DNA of 63,279 nt, counting the filler, from Dugesia japonica (lineage: Eukaryota), in the NCBI GenBank assembly GCA_001938525.1. It is 5 parts of 5 records of this genome, joined end to end, with 100 filler letters (N's around TTAATTAATTAA, not from the genome) between each part and the next. Parts side by side here need not be neighbours in the genome. Positions count along the whole stretch, not along the records: positions 40,601 to 63,279 come from MQRL01642011.1; 4 more parts are not named here. One strand, given 5' to 3'. The stretch's first letter is position 1. Each line of letters starts with the position of its first letter. Shown here in pieces: positions 51,101 to 63,279 of this stretch. The position numbers and the translations under genes were made by a program. The notes below the pieces were generated by a model. The model was not told where the DNA came from and ran no database searches. It saw only the letters and a program-made list of their open reading frames with translations.

Positions 51101-54100
51101 TGATTTCTAACTATGAACCGGTTTGGTTTACTTAGCCCTCGTTAACTCCTAGAATAATCCAATTTTCTCTTAAAAATATTAATTATCAGTAAAAATGACA
51201 TTGTTATGTTTAGTGGTTCCCCGGTTGACCTCCTTTGCCTTTCAGTGAAGGTGTGTGTATTAAAGTTGTATCATTAACTTGATGTCAGATACTAATATCT
51301 AATGAATTCGTTTAAATAAATTAAAAAAAATTTTTCATTAATTAAGACAAAATTGAAGTATTCATTGAGTTAAATTTCCATAATTTAAGTTGAGAATTAA
51401 TAAAATAAAGATGAATAAACTCTTACAAAGTAATACCAAACTAAAAACGTATTATAATCTTTTAGAATAACAATAGTATAAACTTGGTCATAGAAAAACT
51501 TTTACGGTTAATATTGATTCGATACAACTTATATAAATTTTAATAACTGCCATTGATGTGAATAAATGTTACAAGAAAACAAAAAAATTGTCATCAATAA
51601 AATAAGAATTTAATCTGATTATTCTCATATAGTAAAACTAGTCATGATTAGCAAATTACATGCATTATGATAATTAACTTTTTTATGCAGTTAATATACT
51701 GTTTATAATAATTAAAATAATACTTGATAATTAGATACTATAATATTTACTATTGCTTGCAGTTGCATAAACTTGGTGTTAATATTAGTTAATTTTCAAT
51801 GAATAGTAAATAAATATAAGTTCTATTGAATTCTACGAACTTCAATTAAGAAAAATTAATGTTAAAATCACACGATGAACTGTATTAAAATTTATGTATT
51901 TTAATTTAAGACAAATTCTATTCTATATGACAAATAAAGATTCAAACATTAAATATAATATTTTTATTAAATGATCATGTAATAAATTCACCCATACTAA
52001 TCTAAGCGTTAACATGTCATAACCGAAAGTAAAGCATCAATGAGGGTATATTTAGGTTAAAGCATATAAAGGAGAAAAATTGGGCTTCTCATAATCATTG
52101 GGCATACTCATTTCGTTTGAATGTATAAGTGATGAAATCCCAACCTTATACAATTATTGTTCAAAGAATTGATGAGTAAATCTGCAATGAAACCACCCTG
52201 CTTATATAGTAGATTTTTCTCTTTCTGTTATACCTGTTAGTGTGTAGCTTTCTCTTCTGCCATGACTGAATTATTCTAGAAAAACCTAAAAAAATTCAGC
52301 CAAGGAATTTTAAAATTTTCCAAGTATTCTGCGCCCTCTGCTTTTACTAGTTTCCTAGGTAATCCGTTCTAAAATCAACCGACTAGATTTTCAAAAATAA
52401 TATTTAATACTAATGGAGATATTCTCATTAGTGATAGTTCCAACAAATAAAAATGCACATGTCTTATATTCATCCTTGATCTTTTCGTTATTATGATCCA
52501 TCTGAATCTCTATGAGAGAAATCTTTTATTTCAATTATTGCCAAGATTTAAGTTTTTGCCATAATATATTCATAATTGCTCAGAAATTCTAAATCTTAGA
52601 TATTGATAAATTATATAGAAAATTTTAGCAACTTATACCTGGTTTCATATTTTTATTTTATATTAATTTGGTAATAATAATAAAAATTAAATTTAAAATT
52701 ATATCTTGTGGTTATAAGAGTTTGGAACTATAAAAATATTGCTTTGTTCACTGAAACCTGGACAAATTGGTTAACACGTTGAGTGTCACAATGTTAAATC
52801 TTTTACTCGCATGACCACTTTATCTTTTGTTTATATATAATAAATATTATTTCACTATTGCTATTGTTTTACTCAACATATTACTCTAAATTTGTAACTA
52901 AATAAAATAAGTAACAGGAATTCCACTGTATAACAGACAACCTGTGGTACACTAGATAAGAATTTCTCACTGGATAAGTATTTTGTTCACTTAAATATTC
53001 TTGAAAATTTCCTATTAGCATTTCAATGTGCTGTACTACAAACATGACTCACAGAGCCTCGTCGGTATATATTAATGTGGAGCAACTTTATTCACGTAGT
53101 ACTATGAAAAAGTCTACTATGAATCATGCGTGATTCACATGGCACCCAANNNNNNNNNNNNNNNNNNNNNNNNNNNNNNNNNNNNNNNNNNNNNNNNNNN
53201 NNNNNNNNNNNNNNTTCAATCCCGCTATGGATATCTGAATTTGGTATATACTTGGATTTGCCCAGTTTATCGTGTTTCAAAAGTGGGAATAATGATCTTG
53301 ATATTACTGGCCAATAACTGAATTTGTTGAAATTATTCAAGAAAAACATGAAGAGTTATCAATTCGAATTGAGTTTATTAAATATTTTCGTTAAATCGAT
53401 AAATAAAATATAATAAAAAATATTTGTTTAATTTGTTATCTTAAATGTTTTGTAACTTTCATTTATTGCAGTGAATTAAAATTGAAGTACCCACTATTGT
53501 TTTATAATCTATAAATAAACTTATTAAGTTTATAATAGAAATGATTCAAAATTACCATTTATGTTTTAACATAGACCAATCAGAAGAAATGTAGATAATC
53601 AGAAAACTATAGTCAAATAATATTCTTACTGTTTTAGACAAAATTTTAATTTGAACGATATACTAATTCATCAAATTGAATCAACCATCAGTGATTCCTA
53701 TTAGTTCATAATTAAATCTTCAAAATAATTACTTCAATACATTCAGCATTATTCATTCCTAGTAGTTTGTTGAATTTCTATTTATTGTAATATTATGGTT
53801 ACCAAAAATCAAATTAAAAAACCATTAGTTATGTACAGTTTACATATTTGATTTTACAATATAACAATGATCCACCATTTGCTATATATAATTAAAGTTT
53901 ATTTTGACATCCTATAAATTCTGATTGAAAAGTTTTCTTAAAATCCATAATTTAGTTTAGTATTTTCCTGTAAACATTACGCATATCAACAACTTCTAAA
54001 TGTAATCTGAATTTTGAACTTCAGTAGGTAGTTGCATAAATTTGTCACCATAATTGTATTGACACAGATTTTTAAAAATCTACTGATTCATATAAAAAAA

Positions 54101-54150
54101 GTAATTAAAGGTTGCATTTATAAATTGAAGAATAAAAGAAACTCATTTAT

Positions 54151-55506
54151 TCAATTATAATTTAAATTCTGCAAGGCTTCATAAACGTGAATGTAACATG
54201 TTGATGATGAATTTCTTTTAACATCTTCGAATGAACAGTTGTTAATTATATCATCATCAGCCTGATACCAGATATCATCATGCTTCACGTATGAATAATA
54301 ATGACCATCGTTTAATTCACCTATGTGATTCACTATGGAGATCAATTCATATTTTCTCTGAATAATATTTCCATCGGTGTCTATATGAGGTATTTCAATA
54401 AACTGCTCAATGCCGATGGCATTTTTAACTTTTCTTGATTGGTAATTATTATCGTAACTGAATCGTTTTATGCATATTACTAAAAATCGTGGCACTTGTA
54501 GAAATATTACTGAACTACAAGCTTTGCCATCTTTTATTTTACATGTTTCACATTCAAATCCTTCTACTTCATTTTTTATTGAATTTTCTATCATTTCTTT
54601 CATAGTTTCTGCAACATTGACAAATAAAGCTAGATCTATAGCAACACTGGGATTTCCATTATTTGATTTGCCGCATTTATCACAAAAATATCTAGAGTCG
54701 TGACGTATTTCAAAAAGTGATTCTAAGGATTTCGTTTCATTTTTAAATTCTTCATTTAATTTATCCAAATAACAGTTCAAAAATTCATGAGCATCTTCTT
54801 GTTTATTCCACGATAATTCACTGCTAAAATATTCCAACTTCGAATTTTTATAAATGCATTCTGGTATGGAAAATTCTTTATTTTCGTCATATGCTTTAAT
54901 GAGACTTTGCATCAAAATAAGAGCACCGCATTCTATTGATAGTTCATCTTTTGAAGATTCAGTTTTTTGAATATCCATGTGTAACATAATTTGGAAAATA
55001 CTTTGAATTGCCGAATTCATGTAGCAATTCACTCCATGATTTTTCAGTGGCACTGGTAGTTTTCTAAAAGAGTTTTCTGAATCATTATTTACCATTGGAA
55101 TGCTATAAATTGGTGCAACTGTTAAATTATCAATTTCATCTACATTCATTTCATTTTCTTGATAATTCATTTCTGCACTTTGGAATTTTTTGCTTTCATT
55201 AGTAGTTTCATTACTTACTTCTTCATTCTCATGTATATTCCCTTTTATTAAATTAATATCTGTTTCGGATTCACTTTGAACGATTTCATTTTGGTTATTT
55301 ATCTTTTTATTATGATCTACGTTCTCTACTATCAAGTCTTCCGTTAACTGATATTCATAATTTTGAATCTCATCAAATGAAATTTGGTTGGATTTTTCTA
55401 CATCTTGAGATTCATAAAGATTTTCTTGCAAATTATCTGTTTTTTCAACTATTGTAGTTGGAATTACATATTGACTTGAACATACATATTGACATGAAGG
55501 AAGCAT
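54151..55506 (-). CDS. Ubiquitin-specific protease (peptidase C19), intronless, 451 aa
   Basis: Cys box LKNHGVNCYMNSAIQ, QEDAHEFL, fingers CDKC and CETC, PRFLVICIKRF, His box HIGELNDGHY, WYQADDD. Uninterrupted ORF. Confidence 0.95.
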   Translation of the reverse strand: MLPSCQYVCSSQYVIPTTIVEKTDNLQENLYESQDVEKSNQISFDEIQNYEYQLTEDLIVENVDHNKKINNQNEIVQSESETDINLIKGNIHENEEVSNETTNESKKFQSAEMNYQENEMNVDEIDNLTVAPIYSIPMVNNDSENSFRKLPVPLKNHGVNCYMNSAIQSIFQIMLHMDIQKTESSKDELSIECGALILMQSLIKAYDENKEFSIPECIYKNSKLEYFSSELSWNKQEDAHEFLNCYLDKLNEEFKNETKSLESLFEIRHDSRYFCDKCGKSNNGNPSVAIDLALFVNVAETMKEMIENSIKNEVEGFECETCKIKDGKACSSVIFLQVPRFLVICIKRFSYDNNYQSRKVKNAIGIEQFIEIPHIDTDGNIIQRKYELISIVNHIGELNDGHYYSYVKHDDIWYQADDDIINNCSFEDVKRNSSSTCYIHVYEALQNLNYN

Positions 55507-58500
55507 GATTATTGTAATTTAAATTTTAAACGAATTTTATTATAAATCATTAATATATTAAATATTAATATTAACTAATTAAATATTTAAAATTAATTAT
55601 GTTTTTAAAGATTTATTGTAGTAAATTTTAAGTTCAATGTAATTAATTTTAATTTAAATTTAAAATTAAAAAAAATATATTGATTCCACTGTACACTTAA
55701 ATTGCACGAATTATATTTAATGATTTCTTGGTAAAATCAGTACTTTTTATTTTTTCTTTAATTTTTATTGATTTACTGTTATTGTTATTTAATTATTTTA
55801 ATTCTATAAAAATACGTTTTATTGTTTGAAATACATTTCTATTTCAATTTTGATAAATTTAGATTTTAATCTATTTGTTAACATTCCGTTACATAATTTT
55901 GTGTTGAATTTCAAATTTACGATTGTTAATTATACATTTTAAAATGCTCATTATAATAATTATACGCATAAGAAGTACAAAATCCCACATTTTACGATTT
56001 AATGTGTTATTTGGTAATCAATTTATTTCAATGAAATTATGGATTGTTATTTTTTCTATCAAATGTTATTTTAATCGTTTTAATTACGAAAAAGATATTA
56101 AAATTTAAGTTCCTTACATTTTATTTTTACGTAATTTATTTAAATTAATAACTAAAACCTTTTCAAAGCGTTTAATTAAAAAATTCTTTATTTCATGTTT
56201 TGAAATAAATTTTGTATCTATTTCAATTAATTATATGTAATACATGTCGACATAAAAATACATGAAGTTTTAATAGAAAAATTTAAAATAAGGTTCAAAT
56301 AATAAAAGTTTTAGTATTTAAAATTTTTATCGGTTTTTTTGTATGTATCCTATTCCTTTTAGTTTGAACAGTAAATGNNNNNNNNNNNNNNNNNNNNNNN
56401 NNNNNNNNNNNNNNNNNNNNNNNNNNNNNNNNNNNNNNNNNNNNNNNNNNNNNNNNNNNNNNNNNNNNNNNNNNNNNNNNNNNNNNNNNNNNNNNNNNNN
56501 NNNNNNNNNNNNNNNNNNNNNNNNNNNNNNNNNNNNNNNNNNNNNNNNNNNNNNNNNNNNNNNNTGTTATAAATTTCAAAATATTATTTGTGTATACGAT
56601 TAAAAATTCTTTTTTAAAAATGTTGGAAAATTCTATTCAAATATTTCTGAATTTCTAAAAATATTATACTTATCGCGTTACCTTTTTGTTTTCTTGTTCG
56701 ATTTTATCAGATTTAATTTACAATCTTTTTGTTCACAACTTGAAACCAAATTATACATTAAAATCGCTAATTAATAATTTATTAACTTCAAATTTTTTAG
56801 CTTCAATTTTTCACACGACCTAATATTTCAATCGTTCTCTAAATCAGAAATCTTAAACTCAAACCATTCGGGGCCAAATGAAAATTTTCGATTTAATCCG
56901 AGTACCACAATATTGTAATATAAATTGTATAATTAATATTGAATAAATTAGTTATTTAAATAGTTTTTACATACAGTCGCTAAATTTCTAGTTTTCCATG
57001 GGATGAAATGGCAGACTATTTTTTAATAAATACTAAATTTTTAGTTTGAAATTACGTTTACCGCTTTTACACGGTATTTGTAGTAATTTTTATGTTCAAA
57101 ACGAAAGTTATTATTATTATATAACAATAAAAAAGAAATAAAACTATTTAATTTTTATAAATTCAAAAATGGGTTTTGAATAATAGCATAATATTTGAAA
57201 CTCCTGATCTAAATTGAAGATTTAAAAATTCTTGAATTGAGGTGATGTCCTTCTTGTGTGGTGGTGCTCCCTCCAAAGAGGGTTGTTGAGTTTTCAAAAT
57301 TCTACAGGAGCTTCCATTAATCGAATTTTCAACTGTATTCCACACCACCATTATGGAAGTGACCTTAGGACATCTTATTTGAACAGCAGACCAAGTCAAA
57401 ATTGCCATCTCTAATGTCTGATTCAATGGCTCAAATTTTTTCTTTTTATGCAACTGGTGAATGGACTTTTAAATGATGTTCCTTTAAGCCATTGATTTCT
57501 TGNTTTTTCTCATTCATTTTGGTCTTTCNCAATTTTGATATTTTTTGTTTCAAAGTGATTAAAAAATAACAATAAGAACACTTCACAATTATAATATTAA
57601 TTTATTGTCATTTTAGCTTAATTATTTCATAACTATAATTTTTACTTTTGTTTAGCGTTGCGAGTGTTTGAAAATCTTTTCTGGTTAGTCTTAGGCTGTT
57701 GACCGTTGAATGTATGTATGTGTGATACAGCTGTATGTGTGTTTTATTAAAATATGTTTGTTTAAATTTGTTGATTTTTAAACCATATCAACATCCTCGC
57801 TTCCTTTAAATTAAATATTCTCCGTATCTTTCTTATAATAATAGCAAGGGGGGATCATGAGGGTAATCATCATCAGAATCTATGTACTCGATATGTGTAA
57901 TTATTGAACGTTTATTCGCATATTTTAAACTAAGGAGATTAGTTTTCTTAGTAAGAGGAATATTTTTTATTGTTACGGATGAATTGCTTCCGTTTATGTT
58001 CTGCAGCTATTCTCTTTGTTTCTCGTTTTTTGTTTCATAAAGTCCATATGCCTTTTCAACGAAAGGAATGGANNNNNNNNNNNNNNNNNNNNNNNNNNNN
58101 NNNNNNNNNNNNNCGGTAAGTTTTTACTGGTAGGAAGGTAAATTCAATGTTTTTATGAGTCTCCTTATTTATTGATAAATTAAGAATATTGTTAATTATT
58201 CCTGCAATTATTGTTGGGGTATCAACTTTAACGACTGTATTTTGATAGCAATCAACAGATTTTGTTGATTTTCTCAATAAAGATGTCTGATTTAATGTGA
58301 TATATATGTGTTAGTGTCCTGCCACTCCTATTGATTTGATCCTGATGTTTCATCCAAACCTTAAAATTATAATCAAAAATTTAAGTTTTACAATTTTAAA
58401 TGATTTATTTATTTATATAGTTTTCGNATATGATTTTATTATGTACGTTTTTTATATTAATCAGGGTATTGTTTACAAGGGTTTTAAAATATTGATTAAT

Positions 58501-58611
58501 TTCTTTCTAACTGTGTACCTTTTTATTTACTGTGTTTTTTTAGTTAAATATCTCCTATATATCTCCTACGTCCAAAATATAACAAATATGTATGTTACTA
58601 TTCATTGTTTT

Positions 58612-58715
58612 ATACAAATAGCCCTCGTATAACGCGGTAGTTACGTTCCAGAAAAAATCCTCGCTATGTAAGACTCATCTTTCATATAAAGTAGAGGATT
58701 ATGTTCCAATTATTT
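58612..58715 (+). mobile_element. Tigger/pogo-like terminal fragment
   Basis: TA-CAAATAGCCCTCGTATAACGCGGTAGTTACGTTCC resembles pogo/Tigger TIRs. No partner found. Confidence 0.4.
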
Positions 58716-59316
58716 TTTCTGATTAAAATACTAAATTATACTTAATTATTATATTTCAAGTCAAAATTNCAATTTAAACTTTATTAAAAAAATAAAATTA
58801 ACCAAGAATTTCCAGTTTTTAATTCACGTTGTACCGCGATATTATTTTATTTTAAATATAATTTGCAATTTTTAACTCTTTCCAACTGAATTAATCCATC
58901 TGAACCAATCGCATTATTTTTATATTTACGCTCTCTATGGCACCATTGGTGTTTAGTGCATTCATTATGTCGATAGATGACATCAACGACTGTATTTCAT
59001 TCAACGCACTGCATTTTTCAGCTTAATAATCAACTGGATATATACTACGGGCGAGTCAGGTATTCTGTTGTAATAATTTAAGATGGAAAAGGGTTAATAG
59101 TTTTTGAATTATGATAAATTATTTTATAACTGTATTTTCTGTATCAAAATATTTAATTAAACAAAAATTAACTAACAATAAATTACCCATCTTAAGCAAT
59201 AATAATACTTTTATTGTTAGAAACAGGGAATTCGATGAACATTGTGAAATTATGTTGTTCAAAAAATAATGGTTTCTGTAGCTAATATTTCCAATTTATA
59301 GAATTTCTTACACATA

Positions 59317-59491
59317 CCGTATTTCTTATCGACAAAAGCGCATCAAAAGAAAATTAAACAGTGCGCGAAAGCCTTTATCAATTATATAAGAAGTGAAAGA
59401 TCTTCTAGATGCACGTTAACTAAACATTTGCATTATAAAATACTGAATCCGCGATATACATAAGACGCGTGTTATCGATGAGAAAATACGG
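59317..59491. mobile_element. pogo/Tc2-like MITE
   Basis: TIR CCGTATTTCTTATCGA / TCGATGAGAAAATACGG flanked by a TA duplication. Confidence 0.8.
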
Positions 59492-59859
59492 TACATAGAT
59501 GACAATAGAAGATATCAATAATTTAACCTCATTGTTCCTTGACAAATTTTAAGCGGTAAGGTAATTCTACAAATCTACAAATTCTGAAGACAATGTTGTT
59601 CCATTATATTTAAATAAATTAATAGCAAGTCTGACGATCGATTGTTACAAGCCCGAAAATTTTACACTAAGAGAGATAATAGTACCAATATTGTATTCAA
59701 AATTTGATAAGCAGCCCCGATAGATTATTGGAAATTCTTACATCCACCAAGTTACCACGCTCAACTTACACCAAGTAAGAAATAGGTTTTTAGTAAAATT
59801 TATAAAATTACTTTTTAAATTATTTCTTGAATTACAGTTAAAAGTAAATTCAATACGTA

Positions 59860-60460
59860 CACTAAACGAGAAATTGCCGCTTTATTACACATTTTATACT
59901 ATCGACACAACGGATTAATTGAATTGTTCATAACTGCCCTTGAAGAAATGCAAATTGATGACTACAAAGTTGTAGGTAAATCAAACAAAACATGTCATTC
60001 AACACAAAAGACAATACAATGTACCAACAATTAATGAAGTGGCAATCGTTATAGTTGGGGAAGAATTTAACTCGCGTGATATAATTCTTCATTGCTGAAA
60101 TGGTNATGTTCAGCGAGTCTCAGAAACTCATTGCTCATATGACGGATTGCAATATCAGATTTTATTTTTGCAAGAAGACGAATAACATTTCAACATCATA
60201 ATGAAAAATCCGCGAAAAAATGAGGAAACGAATAATAAAGTCAGTGCCATGAATTACTATTCATATCGAGTGATTATTCGTGAAAAGGTTGAAAATAAAA
60301 TCTTGAAATGTCGACAATTGTTTAATCAATACACTATCTTTTATGTATGTGAAAATCGAAACCGAACGACTCCTCTACATTCGATTAAATCAAATAAATT
60401 TTTTTTCCATATAGCACATTCATTTACGTGATGCAGTTGATAATGGAGGGAATGTGAATC
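59860..60460 (+). mobile_element. Helitron Rep N-terminal region remnant
   Basis: QYNVPTINEVAIVIVG..RDIIL, QRVSETHCSYDGLQY, KVSAMNYYSYR, RQLFNQY, MYVKIETERLLYIRLNQ, HLRDA. Confidence 0.92.
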
Positions 60461-60879
60461 TTATTATTTATTTAAAATTTGGTAATTACTTGCGCCTTAA
60501 CAAGTAATATTACACATGGACATCTCATGTCGCAATAAGGCGACTACCGCGTCTAAAGTGTTAATCCGATTTGTTTTAGTGAAAATAATTGAGGTTTTTA
60601 ACAAGAAATACAAGAATTAAGTTATCAATCTTGCTTAAATTTAGAAAATTATCATTTTCAAAACATAATGTATGGTGAACCTTGAATTCACCATTAGTTA
60701 AAAAAAATAATTAATTAATTAAAGTTATTACCATCTCTAAATTAATTATTTGGAAAATTAGTTTATTAAAAAGGATATTCTGCAACATAGCATAAACAAA
60801 CTAAGTTAATATTCATTAGCACATTTATCGTACGTATCGAAGAACATAGTAAGTAACAAAATAAATAATTTTTCTGCCA

Positions 60880-61300
60880 TAAATGTAGAGTTTTTAGTTT
60901 GGTAGTTTTCTTATCTCATTATCCATTTCTTTTTTCTTAAAACAAAAATCCTTCATATCGTACATTATATTACAATTCAGCGCAAGATTTTGTGCGCAAC
61001 AACTTACAGAATTCTCTTTAATCTTTAGTTTTGCTTTTGTATCACACTTCATTGTGATTACAATCCTCATTGTCATTCATTCTTATCCAATATCGCTTAA
61101 ATCATCATTCTTCTAAGATTACATTTTTACAGTTTGCAATACGAAATTGTTCAACAATAGATATTTTATTTGTACTCTTACAATCGATTTCGCCATTTCT
61201 AACAATCAATATTTTGACAATATCAAAATTTCCATTTTCCGTATATAATGAATTGGTTAAATAAAAAAAATCATTTTGATTCGTGATTATTAAATAATTC
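60880..61300 (-). mobile_element. Possible very old hAT transposase relic
   Basis: Only VSCCAQNLAL (resembles CxAHxLxL) is recognisable. Confidence 0.25.
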
Positions 61301-63279
61301 TGACTTCATAATTCTCATAATTCATCGTTGTCTATTAATTCTCATTGATTTCACGATTTCTATCGTTAAAAAAATATTTATTTTAATATCAATAACATTT
61401 TAATGTCCAAACATTTTCATATACATAACTATTTAATATACTATTTAGTTCATTTGTTTCCATAAATTTTTGTATTATTTTCATTCCTTACAACTCAAAA
61501 AGTTATAAAATTTTATAATTTATCTTTTATCGTGATTTTAATCTATAATGTCGGTAATCATTGTGATTGTGAGGCTTACATACCTCAGAATTCCTTAAAT
61601 TTTCATCCAACAATTAAGAAAATTATTTAAAAAGATTTAAGGTACAATTAAATACACAAAGTTACAAAAATATGTTATCAAATAATATTTACAGTTTATA
61701 AGATTAAATGCAATATTACAAAAATTAACAAACTACAGAGATTATAAATACTATTGATCTTAAATTATTTTCTAAACTCCAACTTCAAATTATTATTAAA
61801 AAAATAATCTATTTAAATATTTTTTGAAAATTTAAACAACAAAAGTTTTCTATTGTCACATTTTCCTCACAATAATGAAACAAATTAAAAGTAGGTTACT
61901 CACATGTCTCTTTGTGGTTTTGCGTTNNNNNNNNNNNNNNNNNNNNNNNNNNNNNNNNNNNNNNNNNNNNNNNNNNNNNNNNAACACAATTAAATATTAT
62001 TAACAATACAAATATTATGTTGCACAAAAAAACTTTTTAACTAAATTTTTGATTTTTGATCACTAAAAAAATATTATTTATAAATGTTTTTATTTCAGTG
62101 TAATACAAGATATTACTTGAATAAGGGTCGTTAAACCTTTAATTTTTCTGTATATTATATACCACAGAAACCAGTGGCATTACTATTTTCCATGGAGCGG
62201 CGTGAAGTTCTGCGGACCGCTGAAATTTAGCTCTATTTATATAGTTAAATTAAAATTTCTAAACGTGATTTCTATTCTTTTCTATTTTAAAAGAATGTCA
62301 CTAATTAAATCAATAAAATATCGATAATTTTTGTAATATAAATAATTAAAATCCAGAAAAATAACAACTTATGACAAAAATAAAGAAAATAAAAGAACTA
62401 AATCAAGATAAATTTAAAATATCGAAAGAACCACAAAAAACAAAATAAACAAATTAGAAAATAAATGTAACAGTACTCATCTGATATCAATGGAAATGCT
62501 AAATTTTAACTTGTTCTTTCTCTTCGCTTTTGTCGAACCTAGAACGTTCATATAAATATAAGTGTGTTTTAAGCTAGCCAAAAACAAAATTTTTTAAAAT
62601 AAAAAATTTACGAAAAACAAAATAAGTGATTTTAAAGTTGCCATAATACGTTATCTTTTTGACTTAACGTAACACAATTTAACACTATTTTGATTAATTT
62701 ATCTGTTCAAAAATGAAGTTTCAGTCTGACCTCGATTGTGGACACTTTGAAAGTTGTCCTAAAACAAGGTTCTTCATTGGTGCGATCCACATAAAAAAAT
62801 GCAAGCACAGTAATTCAAGTAATCAAATAGAATTACGTAATAATGTTATAGAAAAGTACATTAATAATATACATTTTAGACTTAATAGCAATTTTCATAA
62901 GATTCATAAACATTTTTATTGTTTTTCCAAAAAGCCTGCTATAAGGCTACCAAACTTATAAGTTTTCTTCCATTCTCTTATTAAATCAACTTTTAGCAGT
63001 GTCAAAGTTTTACGTCTTACAGGAAACAATGTTTACATCAAGTTATTTTATCTCAGGCTATTGAAATTAATATTATGGCATCTTTAATGTTTATCATTCT
63101 AAACAGATCTTGCTGATTATCACAAAATTCACATGAATCTATTAGTGAATTAAAATAATGATCTTAAAATGCTTTAATTATTCCCATATCTAAAGGTTGC
63201 AAGATAGATGTTGTGTTTTTTGGAAGAAACATTATTTCAACATTACTTAATTGAATTTCCAGATGAAACGGTGTGTTGA

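Noticed and set aside
33094-55506. Cluster of ubiquitin-like proteases (USPL1-like plus USP)
   Set aside because: The two genes are separated by an artificial spacer at 40501-40600.
57163-58330. Minus-strand ORF fragments as pogo or PLE proteins
   Set aside because: No diagnostic motif could be identified.

Overview
Very AT-rich eukaryotic (metazoan-type) genomic DNA. It is not one contiguous locus: four 100-bp spacers (44N-TTAATTAATTAA-44N at 9366-9465, 22116-22215, 31753-31852, 40501-40600) join five pieces, so linkage across them is unproven. Host genes are sparse: two C-lobe exons of a TESK/LIMK-family kinase, the first two exons of DHRS12, a two-exon divergent USPL1-like gene whose catalytic His appears replaced, and an intact intronless USP (C19) deubiquitinase. 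Most other recognisable sequence is decayed mobile DNA: Polinton/adintovirus-like pPolB and capsid relics, Ty3/Gypsy pol, gag and LTRs, several hAT relics, Tc1/mariner, Helitron and Penelope-like relics, TSD-flanked MITEs, and mini/microsatellites. The most unusual observations are a Gypsy LTR that is a full-length palindrome, gag start codons formed at the LTR/PBS junction, the candidate USPL1 pseudo-protease, inverted Penelope-type repeats with hammerhead-like cores, and a dispersed unassigned coiled-coil ORF family. All family assignments come from manual motif recognition; no database search was run.
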